This document shows, one piece after another, positions 16,589-25,587 of a stretch of 37,296 bases of DNA; position 1 is the stretch's first letter, and the number at the start of each line of letters is the position of its first letter. The position numbers were made by a program, and so were the translations under genes. The notes beneath the pieces are model-generated. The model did no database searches. It was not told where the DNA came from and was given only the letters and a program-made list of their open reading frames with translations. The DNA is from a virus. Taxonomy: Duplodnaviria > Caudoviricetes. The stretch lies in the IMG/VR virus record IMGVR_UViG_3300026543_000090, positions 1 through 37,296 of that record, one strand, 5' to 3'.

Positions 16589-17515
16589 ATGACTGAATGG
16601 ACTCTTTCTGACATCAGAACAAAATTTCGTCAAGTAACGGGTAGATTATCTCCTCAAGAGTTGACGAATAGCCAAGTTGATGATCGTATTAATAAATACT
16701 ATCAGTATACCTTTCCATCAGAAGTAAAACTAGAGAGACAGCATACGTTCTTTGATTTTTTAACTTCAGCAAATCAAGCAACTTATGATTTTGAAGAAGT
16801 TACAGCTCCAAATGTTTTTACTAATGTAGAACCACCAGCGACTATTGATAATCTTTCTTTGATTTATTACCAAGATCCTGGTCGTTTTAATGAAGAAAAT
16901 CCATTTCAAGTAAATCGTCGTACAATGGGCGTAGGAGATGGATTTACAACAGTATTTACCACTACCATCACAGGATTTCCCATTTTACCAGCTAGCACAG
17001 TCGTCACTGATGATTCATTTTTAACTGATAATGTGACTCCCATTGTGGTGAAAGACACCAATGAGATTTATAGAGAAGACACTATTTCTATGACGGGTGT
17101 AGGTGTTTCAGGAAATGTGAACTATTCAACAGGAGTTGTAGATGTAACATTTATAAATCCTCCTGAGAATGGTCAAAATGTTTTATTAACTTACATTATT
17201 TTCCAAGCTGGAAGGCCTACAGCTGTATTATTTTATGACAATCAATTCAAGTTTTTTGTCCCGCCAAATACAGCTTATCGTTTCCGAATGAAGGGGTATA
17301 AAGTAGTTGATGCATTAGTAAATGCTACAGATACACCTATATATTCACAGTGGGGGCCTGCAATAGCTTATGGAGCTGCAAGAGACCTACACTCTGACTT
17401 TGGTGAGATAGAAGCGTATGGAGAAGTTACAGCGCTTTACAATGAACAAATTGATTATGTTATGACACGAACAGATCAAAATCTTTTAAATACAAGGGCT
17501 CAGCCCTTCTTTTGA
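16589..17515 (+). CDS. Putative head-tail adaptor / tail tubular protein A
   Basis: WTLSDIRTKFRQVTGR N-terminal helix and C-terminal QWGPAIAYGAA motif; podovirus synteny. Confidence 0.65.
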   Translation: MTEWTLSDIRTKFRQVTGRLSPQELTNSQVDDRINKYYQYTFPSEVKLERQHTFFDFLTSANQATYDFEEVTAPNVFTNVEPPATIDNLSLIYYQDPGRFNEENPFQVNRRTMGVGDGFTTVFTTTITGFPILPASTVVTDDSFLTDNVTPIVVKDTNEIYREDTISMTGVGVSGNVNYSTGVVDVTFINPPENGQNVLLTYIIFQAGRPTAVLFYDNQFKFFVPPNTAYRFRMKGYKVVDALVNATDTPIYSQWGPAIAYGAARDLHSDFGEIEAYGEVTALYNEQIDYVMTRTDQNLLNTRAQPFF

Positions 17516-17522
17516 GGTAAAA

Positions 17523-18098
17523 ATGACTTGGGATCCAACACAGCCAACGGACAACACTAAGATAAGAAACCTAGGAATTGTAATTCGTCCAAATTGGGAA
17601 GCTATAGAAAATGCTGATAGCTCTTTCAAGCCGATTGGCATTAATTTTAATAATCGAACTCCTCTAATAGTATCAAATGATCCTACTGCTATCTCAGATA
17701 GTTATATCCTATATAGCAAAGAAGATAGTGATGGGAGTCCTCAGCTTTTTGGAATCGATGAAAACAGCGTTACTTCTCAATTTACTTCCACTGATTTTGA
17801 TATATCTTCTCAAAATGGACATGCGGTGATTCCACCTGGTTTATTGCTTGAATGGGGAAGACAGACTGTTATTACTCCAGAAGGAGGAACATTTGCAGTA
17901 ACTTTTTCAAAAGAGTTTGGAGCTATTCCCTTTTCAGTTGTCATGACTATATATGCGCAGCCCGAAAGTGATGCTTCAAGAGGATTTGGAATTCAAAATA
18001 TTGGAACTCTGACTACTACTGGCTTTACAGCTCAGAGCTTTAATTCTGAAGTACCTGGTGGAACAACGATGGGATGGATGGCCATAGGATCTTTATGA
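17523..18098 (+). CDS. Small tail/fibre protein with gp53-like C-terminal domain
   Basis: NGHAVIPPGLLLEWG...VTFSKEF...WMAIG pattern; GAGG RBS. Confidence 0.7.
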   Translation: MTWDPTQPTDNTKIRNLGIVIRPNWEAIENADSSFKPIGINFNNRTPLIVSNDPTAISDSYILYSKEDSDGSPQLFGIDENSVTSQFTSTDFDISSQNGHAVIPPGLLLEWGRQTVITPEGGTFAVTFSKEFGAIPFSVVMTIYAQPESDASRGFGIQNIGTLTTTGFTAQSFNSEVPGGTTMGWMAIGSL

Positions 18099-20218
18099 GT
18101 GATTTCACATCTATTTTGATCGCTCCCTTTCAAACAGGCCTCGATACTGATCAGGAGCCCTGGATAATTCCCCCTGATGCTTTTAGTGAATTAGATAATG
18201 TTCATATTCGTCATGGAGTGATTGAAAAAAGAAGTGGATTTCGTAAGTTTGCTCAGCTTATTCCTAGTGCGGATACGGTTACTATTACTGATATAACCCA
18301 AGCAATAAATGGAGTAGTCACAACTGATGCTGCACACGGATATACGACTGGAGATGTAGTATATATTCTAGAGGTAGTGGGAATGACAGAGGTTAATGAT
18401 ACTCTGTTTACTATTACCGTGCTCACTACCACAACCTTTGAGTTGAATGTAGATACTTCCTCATTTATTGCTTATGTCTCTGATGGAACTGTTCAATTTG
18501 TAGATCCTGTCGTCGATAGAGTTATGGGATTGTGGAGATATATTGACGACACAAATGCCAAAGATCTATTGGGTTTCAACACGACTCAAGCGAATCTTTA
18601 TAATGGAGCTGCTAATGCATTTACTGAACTTGATGCAGGAACTCCGATTATGAATGGTGGGGAATTTGATTATATATGGGCTGTTAACTGGCAAAGTTCT
18701 GATCTTCCAAACAGGTTATATTTCACAAATGGAGTAGCGTTTAATGGAGCTTCACTGAATGGCATTCGATTTTATGATGGCGATGGAACTACTACTACAG
18801 ATTTTAACTCAAACTCTCTAGGAGGAGGTAGAACCCTTTATGGAGGAAAGCTTCTTTTTGTCATTAAACAGCGATTAGTGGTCTTAAATACTTTTGAAAA
18901 TAATGGAGGCACTAGCAATTTTCCTCAAAGAGCACGATGGTGCCAAGCACAGGGACCGAGTAACTGGGATGATCTAACGGCAGGAGGAGGGGGATTTGTT
19001 GATGCTCCTACTGGTGAACACATTATCTCTGGTCTAGCATTACAGGACATAATTATTGTTATGTTCACCAATAGTGTTTGGACATTGAGACCCGTTCCAG
19101 ATCCAGCTCTTCCCTTTAGGTGGGATAAAATCAATGATTTCAGAGCCTGTGATGGAAAGATGGCAACTGTAGGATATGATCGTGATATCCGTGCTGTCGG
19201 AGTACGAGGAATCACTGCTACTGATGGTGTTGAGACAAGAAGAATCGATGGTAGAATTCAAGACTTCACAATCGATGAGATAAACTTTGATTTCTTTGAA
19301 AAAGTATTCTGTCTTAGAAGTTATTCTAATACTCGATGGTGGACTCTATATCCTGCTATGGAGGATGAAGAAAACTCAAAGGCATTGATTTGGGACGATG
19401 ATTCGTCTTCTTTTTCAACTTATACAATAGCTATGAATTGCCTTGGATATGGTAATTTTGGCAAGGATTTTACTCTTGCTGATTTCACTGAAGCCAATGA
19501 TCTAGATCTAGCTATTAATGATTTTGCTGAAGAAACACTACAATCTTATTTCTGGCAAGAAAACCAAGAAGCTCTTTTGGGTGGAGATATACATGGCACT
19601 GTTTTTGTTTTAGAGAGTGGAACTACTGATAATAATGAAGACATTTCTTCTAGAATTTTTTCTGCTGCTTGGAATCCTTTCAAAGATCAAGGTATAGAAT
19701 GTCGTATGAATTACATAGATTTCTTTATTGATACAGATCAGGTTACTACTGGAACAGTTGAATTTTTTAAAAACAATGATACGAGCGCATATATTACTCA
19801 AAACATTGACTTTCTCCCTAATTTAGATTTTATTGCCAGAATACAGAATATTTCGATGACAAATCCTGTGAGTGTGAATGCTGCAGGACATGGATTATCA
19901 ACAAGCGATATAATTTTCATCTATTTAGTGCAGGGAATGGTAGAAGTAAATGGAGGTCCCTATACAGTGACAGTTACTTCAGAAAACTTCTTTACATTAG
20001 ATGGAATAGATGGAACTTCTTTTGCTGCGCATACAAGTGGTGGACACGTAGTAAGAAGACAGTTTTATAAAAATAAAACATGGAAGCGAGCTTATGCAGG
20101 TGGCATTGGATATCAACATCGTATCAGACTTACTTCAAGTGGTGAGGATACTCCTTTTCGTATCCATGCATTTAAACCCTCTTTTAAAGCCGTAGGAAAA
20201 AGGACTATTGATAGATAA
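18095..20218 (+). CDS. Putative tail nozzle / tail tubular protein B (P22 gp10-like) with two FCCH-like inserts
   Basis: About 707 aa, beta-rich; ATGA overlap at 18095; two ITxITxAxxxVVT.AHGY.TGD...V.GM.EVN domains. Confidence 0.7.
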   Translation: MSDFTSILIAPFQTGLDTDQEPWIIPPDAFSELDNVHIRHGVIEKRSGFRKFAQLIPSADTVTITDITQAINGVVTTDAAHGYTTGDVVYILEVVGMTEVNDTLFTITVLTTTTFELNVDTSSFIAYVSDGTVQFVDPVVDRVMGLWRYIDDTNAKDLLGFNTTQANLYNGAANAFTELDAGTPIMNGGEFDYIWAVNWQSSDLPNRLYFTNGVAFNGASLNGIRFYDGDGTTTTDFNSNSLGGGRTLYGGKLLFVIKQRLVVLNTFENNGGTSNFPQRARWCQAQGPSNWDDLTAGGGGFVDAPTGEHIISGLALQDIIIVMFTNSVWTLRPVPDPALPFRWDKINDFRACDGKMATVGYDRDIRAVGVRGITATDGVETRRIDGRIQDFTIDEINFDFFEKVFCLRSYSNTRWWTLYPAMEDEENSKALIWDDDSSSFSTYTIAMNCLGYGNFGKDFTLADFTEANDLDLAINDFAEETLQSYFWQENQEALLGGDIHGTVFVLESGTTDNNEDISSRIFSAAWNPFKDQGIECRMNYIDFFIDTDQVTTGTVEFFKNNDTSAYITQNIDFLPNLDFIARIQNISMTNPVSVNAAGHGLSTSDIIFIYLVQGMVEVNGGPYTVTVTSENFFTLDGIDGTSFAAHTSGGHVVRRQFYKNKTWKRAYAGGIGYQHRIRLTSSGEDTPFRIHAFKPSFKAVGKRTIDR

Positions 20219-20221
20219 ATT

Positions 20222-20779
20222 ATGACACTGCCAAGCCACATCATTTTTCCCTTAAGAAAAGATCTCTCAGATCCCAGTGACATCAATCGATATGTAGTAG
20301 ACTTAACTTATGTTCTTCAGCGGATGTATGAAGATCTAGCTCAAGGGATCAATGGAGACATAAGAGCGAACTCTTTTACTGAGAGAAATCAATGGACTCC
20401 TGTGTTGAAGGGCACCACAGCAGATGGAACTTTTACTTATAGTCATCAAGTTGGATGGGCATTACGTCAAGGTCTTCTTGTGGATACTTGGTTTGATATC
20501 GAATGGACCGCATCTGGTGGAGCAACAGGGAATCTCTATGTTGAACTTCCTTATAAAGTGGCTATCACAGATCAGAAACCATTCAGTAGTGCCTTACAGA
20601 CCTCTACGATTGATTATGGAACCGGTATGACTGTTCTTTCTGTAAATGCGATATCAAATACCTTCCGAGGAGAAATTTGGTCATCAGGATCAGGGGTATC
20701 AACAACAAACATAACAGTAGAAACAGCTGGTCAACTGATTGGTCACATAAGATATATTGGAACTCAAAATGAAGTCTAA
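20222..20779 (+). CDS. Putative tail structural protein
   Basis: 185 aa; WTPVLKGTT..GTFTY...LPY beta-domain pattern. Confidence 0.6.
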   Translation: MTLPSHIIFPLRKDLSDPSDINRYVVDLTYVLQRMYEDLAQGINGDIRANSFTERNQWTPVLKGTTADGTFTYSHQVGWALRQGLLVDTWFDIEWTASGGATGNLYVELPYKVAITDQKPFSSALQTSTIDYGTGMTVLSVNAISNTFRGEIWSSGSGVSTTNITVETAGQLIGHIRYIGTQNEV

Positions 20780-21320
20780 AAAGGAAAAAAGAGGAAACAT
20801 TGAAGAGTTAAGTTGGCAGAGAATTTTATGTAGTATTTTTATTCCAATATATCTAGTAGAACAAATTGCAAAAAGAAGTTATTCAGTAGATGATTTATAT
20901 ACTTATATGGAAGAAAACCTTCTAATTGGATCTTATGATAGTTGGATTATAAATCCATTATTTCATGTATACGGATTAATGAATCCAGAAAATTTAATGA
21001 AAGGATTTCTTTGGTTTAATATAGATCCTTTATCAAAAGATATATTCATTCAAGTTTACAGTGTAGATAATCATTACTGGGGTTCAAAAGATGCCATATT
21101 AAAACTTATTGATCATGTTAAAGAGATAAGAAAAACAGGTAATTTAAAAAAAGTATATTGGATAACAAAATTTCCAAAACATTCTATTAAATATGGATTT
21201 AAAAATTCTAATTCGACCCTAATGGAATATAACTACGAGGAGAAAGAAGATGGGCGGAACAATGATGGGATCACAGGGGACGACGAGTCTTCTGACACCC
21301 CAGCAACAACAGTACTTTAG
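20769..21320 (+). CDS. Hypothetical protein, possibly GNAT-like (T7 gp13 position)
   Basis: KGFLWF...IFIQVYSVD..YWG...KKVYWIT...KYGFK pattern; lies before the ejection proteins. Confidence 0.5.
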   Translation: MKSKKEKRGNIEELSWQRILCSIFIPIYLVEQIAKRSYSVDDLYTYMEENLLIGSYDSWIINPLFHVYGLMNPENLMKGFLWFNIDPLSKDIFIQVYSVDNHYWGSKDAILKLIDHVKEIRKTGNLKKVYWITKFPKHSIKYGFKNSNSTLMEYNYEEKEDGRNNDGITGDDESSDTPATTVL

Positions 21321-21780
21321 TGGAGCACTTGGCTCTGGAATAGGAGGGCAATCAGGACAAGCTTATAGTCAGTTTCTTCAAGGTCAGTCTCCCCAAGAGA
21401 TGCAGTCTGCTTTTCAGACAGGAGTTGTGGATCCAATGCAGCAGATTTATAACCAACAAATAGTACCTGGAATTCAGCAAAGATTTACTGATGCAAATGC
21501 TTCTTCTTCTTCAGCATTAAATCAAGCTCTTGGACAAAGTGCTCAAGATTTAACTACATCTCTTGGATCACAGTATCTTCCATTTATGCAAGGCCAACAA
21601 CAAAATACTTTATCTGCCTTAGGACAGTTAGGTAGTTTAGCAGGGCATCAGACGATGCAACCTTATCAACAGGGTGGCATTTCAGGTCAATTAATTGGAG
21701 CTTTAGGAAATATTCTTGGTGCTTATCTTGGAGTTCCTGGATCACAAGGAAATCTAAGTGCATTAGGAGGAGGCCAATAA
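21250..21780 (+). CDS. Putative DNA ejection / pilot protein
   Basis: G/Q/S/A-rich 176-aa protein starting MGG; podovirus synteny. Confidence 0.65.
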   Translation: MGGTMMGSQGTTSLLTPQQQQYFSGALGSGIGGQSGQAYSQFLQGQSPQEMQSAFQTGVVDPMQQIYNQQIVPGIQQRFTDANASSSSALNQALGQSAQDLTTSLGSQYLPFMQGQQQNTLSALGQLGSLAGHQTMQPYQQGGISGQLIGALGNILGAYLGVPGSQGNLSALGGGQ

Positions 21781-22685
21781 TGTCTATTCAATATTTTGAA
21801 CATCCTCTTGCTCAGGGAATCTCTACATTGGGATCAGCTATTGGCAAAGGAATAGAAACTTATGGGAAAAGAAAGTATGAATTAAATCAACAACAACAAA
21901 AAAGACAGCTTCAGTTTCAACAAATGGGTGCACTATCAGATGCTAATCAAGTAGCTATTGAAACAGAGGGTGATGGATTTGCTAAAGTAGGTGCTTTTCA
22001 ACAATCTATAAAGGATTCTGGTGTTTATATTGATCCAGCTAATTATATTGCTTATTCAAAACTTATAGGGGATTTATCAACTAAACAACAAAAAGAAGCT
22101 CAAAGAGATCCAGTTGAAAGACAAACTCATAAAGAAAATACTAAATTAGTAGGACAACTTTCAAATCAATCTCGAACAGCTCAAGGATTGCTTAATCAAG
22201 TTCCAACAATAAGAAAAGCTATTGAAAGTGAAGATATTTCAGGTGAATCACTTATAGTAGGAGGCGGCAAAAGATTAAAGAGAAAAATATTTGGAGGTAC
22301 TCCAGCAGCTGAACAGACTCTTATTACTAGTGCAAAACACGCCCTTCTAACTTTAGGTGAAGGAAAGAATATGCGTATTGGCGCTAATATGAAAGATTTT
22401 CTATTAAGTGGAATATGGGATCCAAAAAAATCTAAAGAAGCTAATTTAGCCGCTTTAGATTTCTATGAACAACAGCTTAATCATATGGTAAATTATCCTA
22501 AAGAATTAGAAGGGTTACTCGATGAAAATCCAGATGCTATGTATGATCCTACTTTAGATTTAAGGATTACTAATCAATATGAAAACTTTAATCCTGAATC
22601 AGGATCTTCTAATATGCAAAATGGAGAATTAAATCCTATAGATTTTGCTGAATTAGTAAGAAAAAGAGGTAAGAAGAAAAAATGA
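21780..22685 (+). CDS. Putative DNA ejection (internal virion) protein
   Basis: LAQGISTLGSAIGKGI amphipathic N-terminus, Q-rich helix; GGAGG RBS. Confidence 0.6.
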   Translation: MSIQYFEHPLAQGISTLGSAIGKGIETYGKRKYELNQQQQKRQLQFQQMGALSDANQVAIETEGDGFAKVGAFQQSIKDSGVYIDPANYIAYSKLIGDLSTKQQKEAQRDPVERQTHKENTKLVGQLSNQSRTAQGLLNQVPTIRKAIESEDISGESLIVGGGKRLKRKIFGGTPAAEQTLITSAKHALLTLGEGKNMRIGANMKDFLLSGIWDPKKSKEANLAALDFYEQQLNHMVNYPKELEGLLDENPDAMYDPTLDLRITNQYENFNPESGSSNMQNGELNPIDFAELVRKRGKKKK

Positions 22686-25117
22686 GTTTTTCTACAGAAA
22701 TTAAAGGATTAATTGATGAAGGCTATGATTATGATGATATTCTTGATACTTTCATCGAAATATCTTCTCCAGAGATGAAAGATCAAGTACAGACTCTTCA
22801 AAAAGAAGGTTTTTCATCTGAAGATATGGTTTCTACTTTGCTTGAAACAGAACAAGATCAAGAACCAGCTCCTCAAGATCTAGTATCTAAACTTTCAAGA
22901 GGTGTAGCTCAAGGTACAGTAGGATTTGGACATCTTATAGGGTTGGGAGAAGCTGCAATTCAAGCTCCATTGACATATGGTGTACTTTCTCCAGAAGAAC
23001 GAGAAATAGCTGCTACACCTGGTATGGAGGCTCGTACAGAGCTTGAAAAGCAACCTGATCTCACTGAATTCGAAAAAGTAGCGTTATATGGAGATGAAGA
23101 CGATCTCATAAGTCAACCCATACTTCCTGGACAAAGAAAAGTATTCGAAAAATTACAAGAAAAAATTCCAGAGGGAGGAAAAATACAAGAAAGCGTAAAT
23201 AGAATAACAAGAAGCCTTCCTTGGTTAGCTGGTGGACCAGTACCTTTCCTTATTGCTGTAACCTCTGAATTCACTGGATTAGGATCTAGCGAAGTAGCTA
23301 AAGCGTTGGGATTCGGTGAAACAGGGCAATTGATAGCAGATGTTACAGGCGGAATATTAGGACCTGCTGGAATTGAAACAGCTGCTCAAAAACTTACTCC
23401 AAAATTGGCGCAAAAAGTTGCTCAAAAGCTTGCTCCAAAAGTTGTTCCAACAGCAGAGAAAGCAGTAGAAAAAGCAATTCCACGAATAGCTAAAAAACCT
23501 ATTACAAAAGGTGAAAAAGCTATCACTAAAGCTGAATTAATCACTAATCCTAAAAAAGTGCAAAATGAAATAAATAAGTTAAGTACTTCTAAAATAGAAG
23601 AATATCAAAGAGATGTTTCTAAACTTTCAAAAGATAGTTTTTCAAAACCAGAATTTAGTGCACGTGAGGTAGAAGATGTCATCTTACGAGAAACAAAAGA
23701 TGCTGCTATCAAAACGGTTTCACCCACAGTAACTCGATCTGAGGAAGCATGGAATATAGTGGCTGAAGGAGTAAATAAAAATTTAAGAAACGCTCGCGAT
23801 CAATATAGAGGAATTTATAAAACAGTAGAAAAGCAAGCGGAAAAGCTTGATTATGGATATGTTAAAACGAATGAAGCAGCAAAAAATCTTTTACAAAAAT
23901 TCAATAAAATTGAGACACAAGCAAAAGGTCAAGCTACTGTAGAAAAAGCTTTAAATACTCTTATTCGGGATCTAAAAAAAGGAAAACCTATTTCGGTTGA
24001 TAAAGGAATTGCAGCTAAAAGAAATTTGAGTGATATCGTTAATTATGAAGATCTTTCTCCAAGTGTTAAAGATTTACTACGTCCCATAATAAGAACTTTG
24101 AAAAGCGAGAATCTTCAAGCTTTAGAACAAAGGTCTTTATTAAAAACATCTTATCAAAAAGCTGAAACGCAATTTGCTCAAACGGCTGAGACGTATGGAA
24201 AAGACGCCATTAGATTCTTAAGAGCAAAAGATGCACCGGAAACGGCAGCAACTCGTTTTTTAACGGGATCAAATCTGAAGTACCTCAAAGAATCATTAAA
24301 AGGATCAAAGGAAGCTGTGGAAGCTCTCGAAGGTCAAATACTTCAAGAAATATCTAAAAAATCAGTTGATGCAGGAAGAGAAATATTAAAAGAAACATCT
24401 CCATATTTATCTAATAAAGCTAAAGATGTTGCAAACGATATTATCCAGATGGGAGATAAGCTTACTTCTCCAGGATCTCAGGCTTTAATGAGAGGTAAAT
24501 TGCTTGAAAGTGTGCAAAAAGCAGCAGTATCTGGAGAAAGACCTGAATATGCACTTAAATTAATGCAAAATCCAACCGGTTATAAAATAACAAAAGATAC
24601 ACTTTCAAGATCTCCAAAAGGGAAGAAGATATGGGAAGCTCTTCAACATCAAACAGTTGAAGATATTTTTAAATCAATAGAAACTTCAGGAGAAGGAATT
24701 AATTGGAACAAAGCTAAAGATTTATTAAAAGATCCACATACTAAAAAAATAATAAAAGATGCTGTTGGAGAAGAAGGTCTTAAGTTTTTTGAAATTCTTT
24801 CAAAACAAGGTGAAAATATAACTAATAATTTTGAACAATTTATTAAACAGACTCCTCAATCTTTAAGAGAACAAATAATAGGAACGATGGGATATAGTTT
24901 AAAATCTATTATTTATCATTCAGCAGGAGGTAAAGCAGCTTGGCTTGGATATCTTGGACTTAAAGTTGTTCCTAGGATATCTAGTGGTTTGTATTATAGA
25001 ATGTTAGCAAGTCCAAAAATAAGAAATGGAATTACAAAATTATTGTCTTCAAAAAATTGGAAACCAGAAGTAATTAGCCCTATAATAGAAAAGTTGAATG
25101 AAGATATAAAAGAATAG
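22682..25117 (+). CDS. Putative large DNA ejection (internal virion) protein
   Basis: 811 aa, alpha-helical, with Gly/Ala-rich hydrophobic segments; third gene of the trio. Confidence 0.6.
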   Translation: MSFSTEIKGLIDEGYDYDDILDTFIEISSPEMKDQVQTLQKEGFSSEDMVSTLLETEQDQEPAPQDLVSKLSRGVAQGTVGFGHLIGLGEAAIQAPLTYGVLSPEEREIAATPGMEARTELEKQPDLTEFEKVALYGDEDDLISQPILPGQRKVFEKLQEKIPEGGKIQESVNRITRSLPWLAGGPVPFLIAVTSEFTGLGSSEVAKALGFGETGQLIADVTGGILGPAGIETAAQKLTPKLAQKVAQKLAPKVVPTAEKAVEKAIPRIAKKPITKGEKAITKAELITNPKKVQNEINKLSTSKIEEYQRDVSKLSKDSFSKPEFSAREVEDVILRETKDAAIKTVSPTVTRSEEAWNIVAEGVNKNLRNARDQYRGIYKTVEKQAEKLDYGYVKTNEAAKNLLQKFNKIETQAKGQATVEKALNTLIRDLKKGKPISVDKGIAAKRNLSDIVNYEDLSPSVKDLLRPIIRTLKSENLQALEQRSLLKTSYQKAETQFAQTAETYGKDAIRFLRAKDAPETAATRFLTGSNLKYLKESLKGSKEAVEALEGQILQEISKKSVDAGREILKETSPYLSNKAKDVANDIIQMGDKLTSPGSQALMRGKLLESVQKAAVSGERPEYALKLMQNPTGYKITKDTLSRSPKGKKIWEALQHQTVEDIFKSIETSGEGINWNKAKDLLKDPHTKKIIKDAVGEEGLKFFEILSKQGENITNNFEQFIKQTPQSLREQIIGTMGYSLKSIIYHSAGGKAAWLGYLGLKVVPRISSGLYYRMLASPKIRNGITKLLSSKNWKPEVISPIIEKLNEDIKE

Positions 25118-25122
25118 ACTAA

Positions 25123-25182
25123 TTAAAGTTCACAATATAGATATACTATAGCTGAAATAACAAAAACAGTTATCAAAGACAT
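25123..25182 (-). CDS. 19-aa hydrophobic peptide
   Basis: MSLITVFVISAIVYLYCEL; GGAGG RBS at 25189-25193, overlapping the upstream stop codon. Confidence 0.45.
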   Translation of the reverse strand: MSLITVFVISAIVYLYCEL

Positions 25183-25192
25183 ATAAAACCTC

Positions 25193-25414
25193 CTATTTTT
25201 TTTCTAAAAATCGTTGCATCAATTGATAATACCTTTCTTCTAGTTTACAAATTCTTCCATGAAATTCTTTAGTTTCTTTACTAGTTTCATCATGAAATTT
25301 CTTTGTTTCTTTACTAAATTTATCAAGAAATTCTTTTGTATCTTTTCTAATGAAATACATAAAACTCATAACAGCAAAGAATAATGTTAAAAGTTCTATT
25401 AAATGAATATCCAT
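25193..25414 (-). CDS. Small membrane-anchored coiled-coil protein (moron-like)
   Basis: N-terminal TM helix, then KDTKEF/KETKKF/KETKEF 11-aa repeats; AGGAG RBS; opposite strand to the virion genes. Confidence 0.7.
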   Translation of the reverse strand: MDIHLIELLTLFFAVMSFMYFIRKDTKEFLDKFSKETKKFHDETSKETKEFHGRICKLEERYYQLMQRFLEKK

Positions 25415-25533
25415 AAAAAAACTCCTATAAAATAAAATTTATGTTATTGTTTAAATAAATATAAATAACTTTCCAAAATCATATACTGTAAGCGATTTAT
25501 ATTCAATTAATAGAATTATTTTTAAAATAATTC

Positions 25534-25574
25534 GAGTCCATATGATCCTTTTATAGGGGGACTTAACCACACGC
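25534..25574 (+). promoter_or_regulatory. Conserved leader motif, copy C (upstream of the tail fibre operon)
   Basis: GAGTCC-ATATGAT-[cct..agg]-GGACTT-AACCACACGC immediately before the AAGGAG RBS. Confidence 0.6.
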
Positions 25575-25587
25575 AAGGAGAACCATC

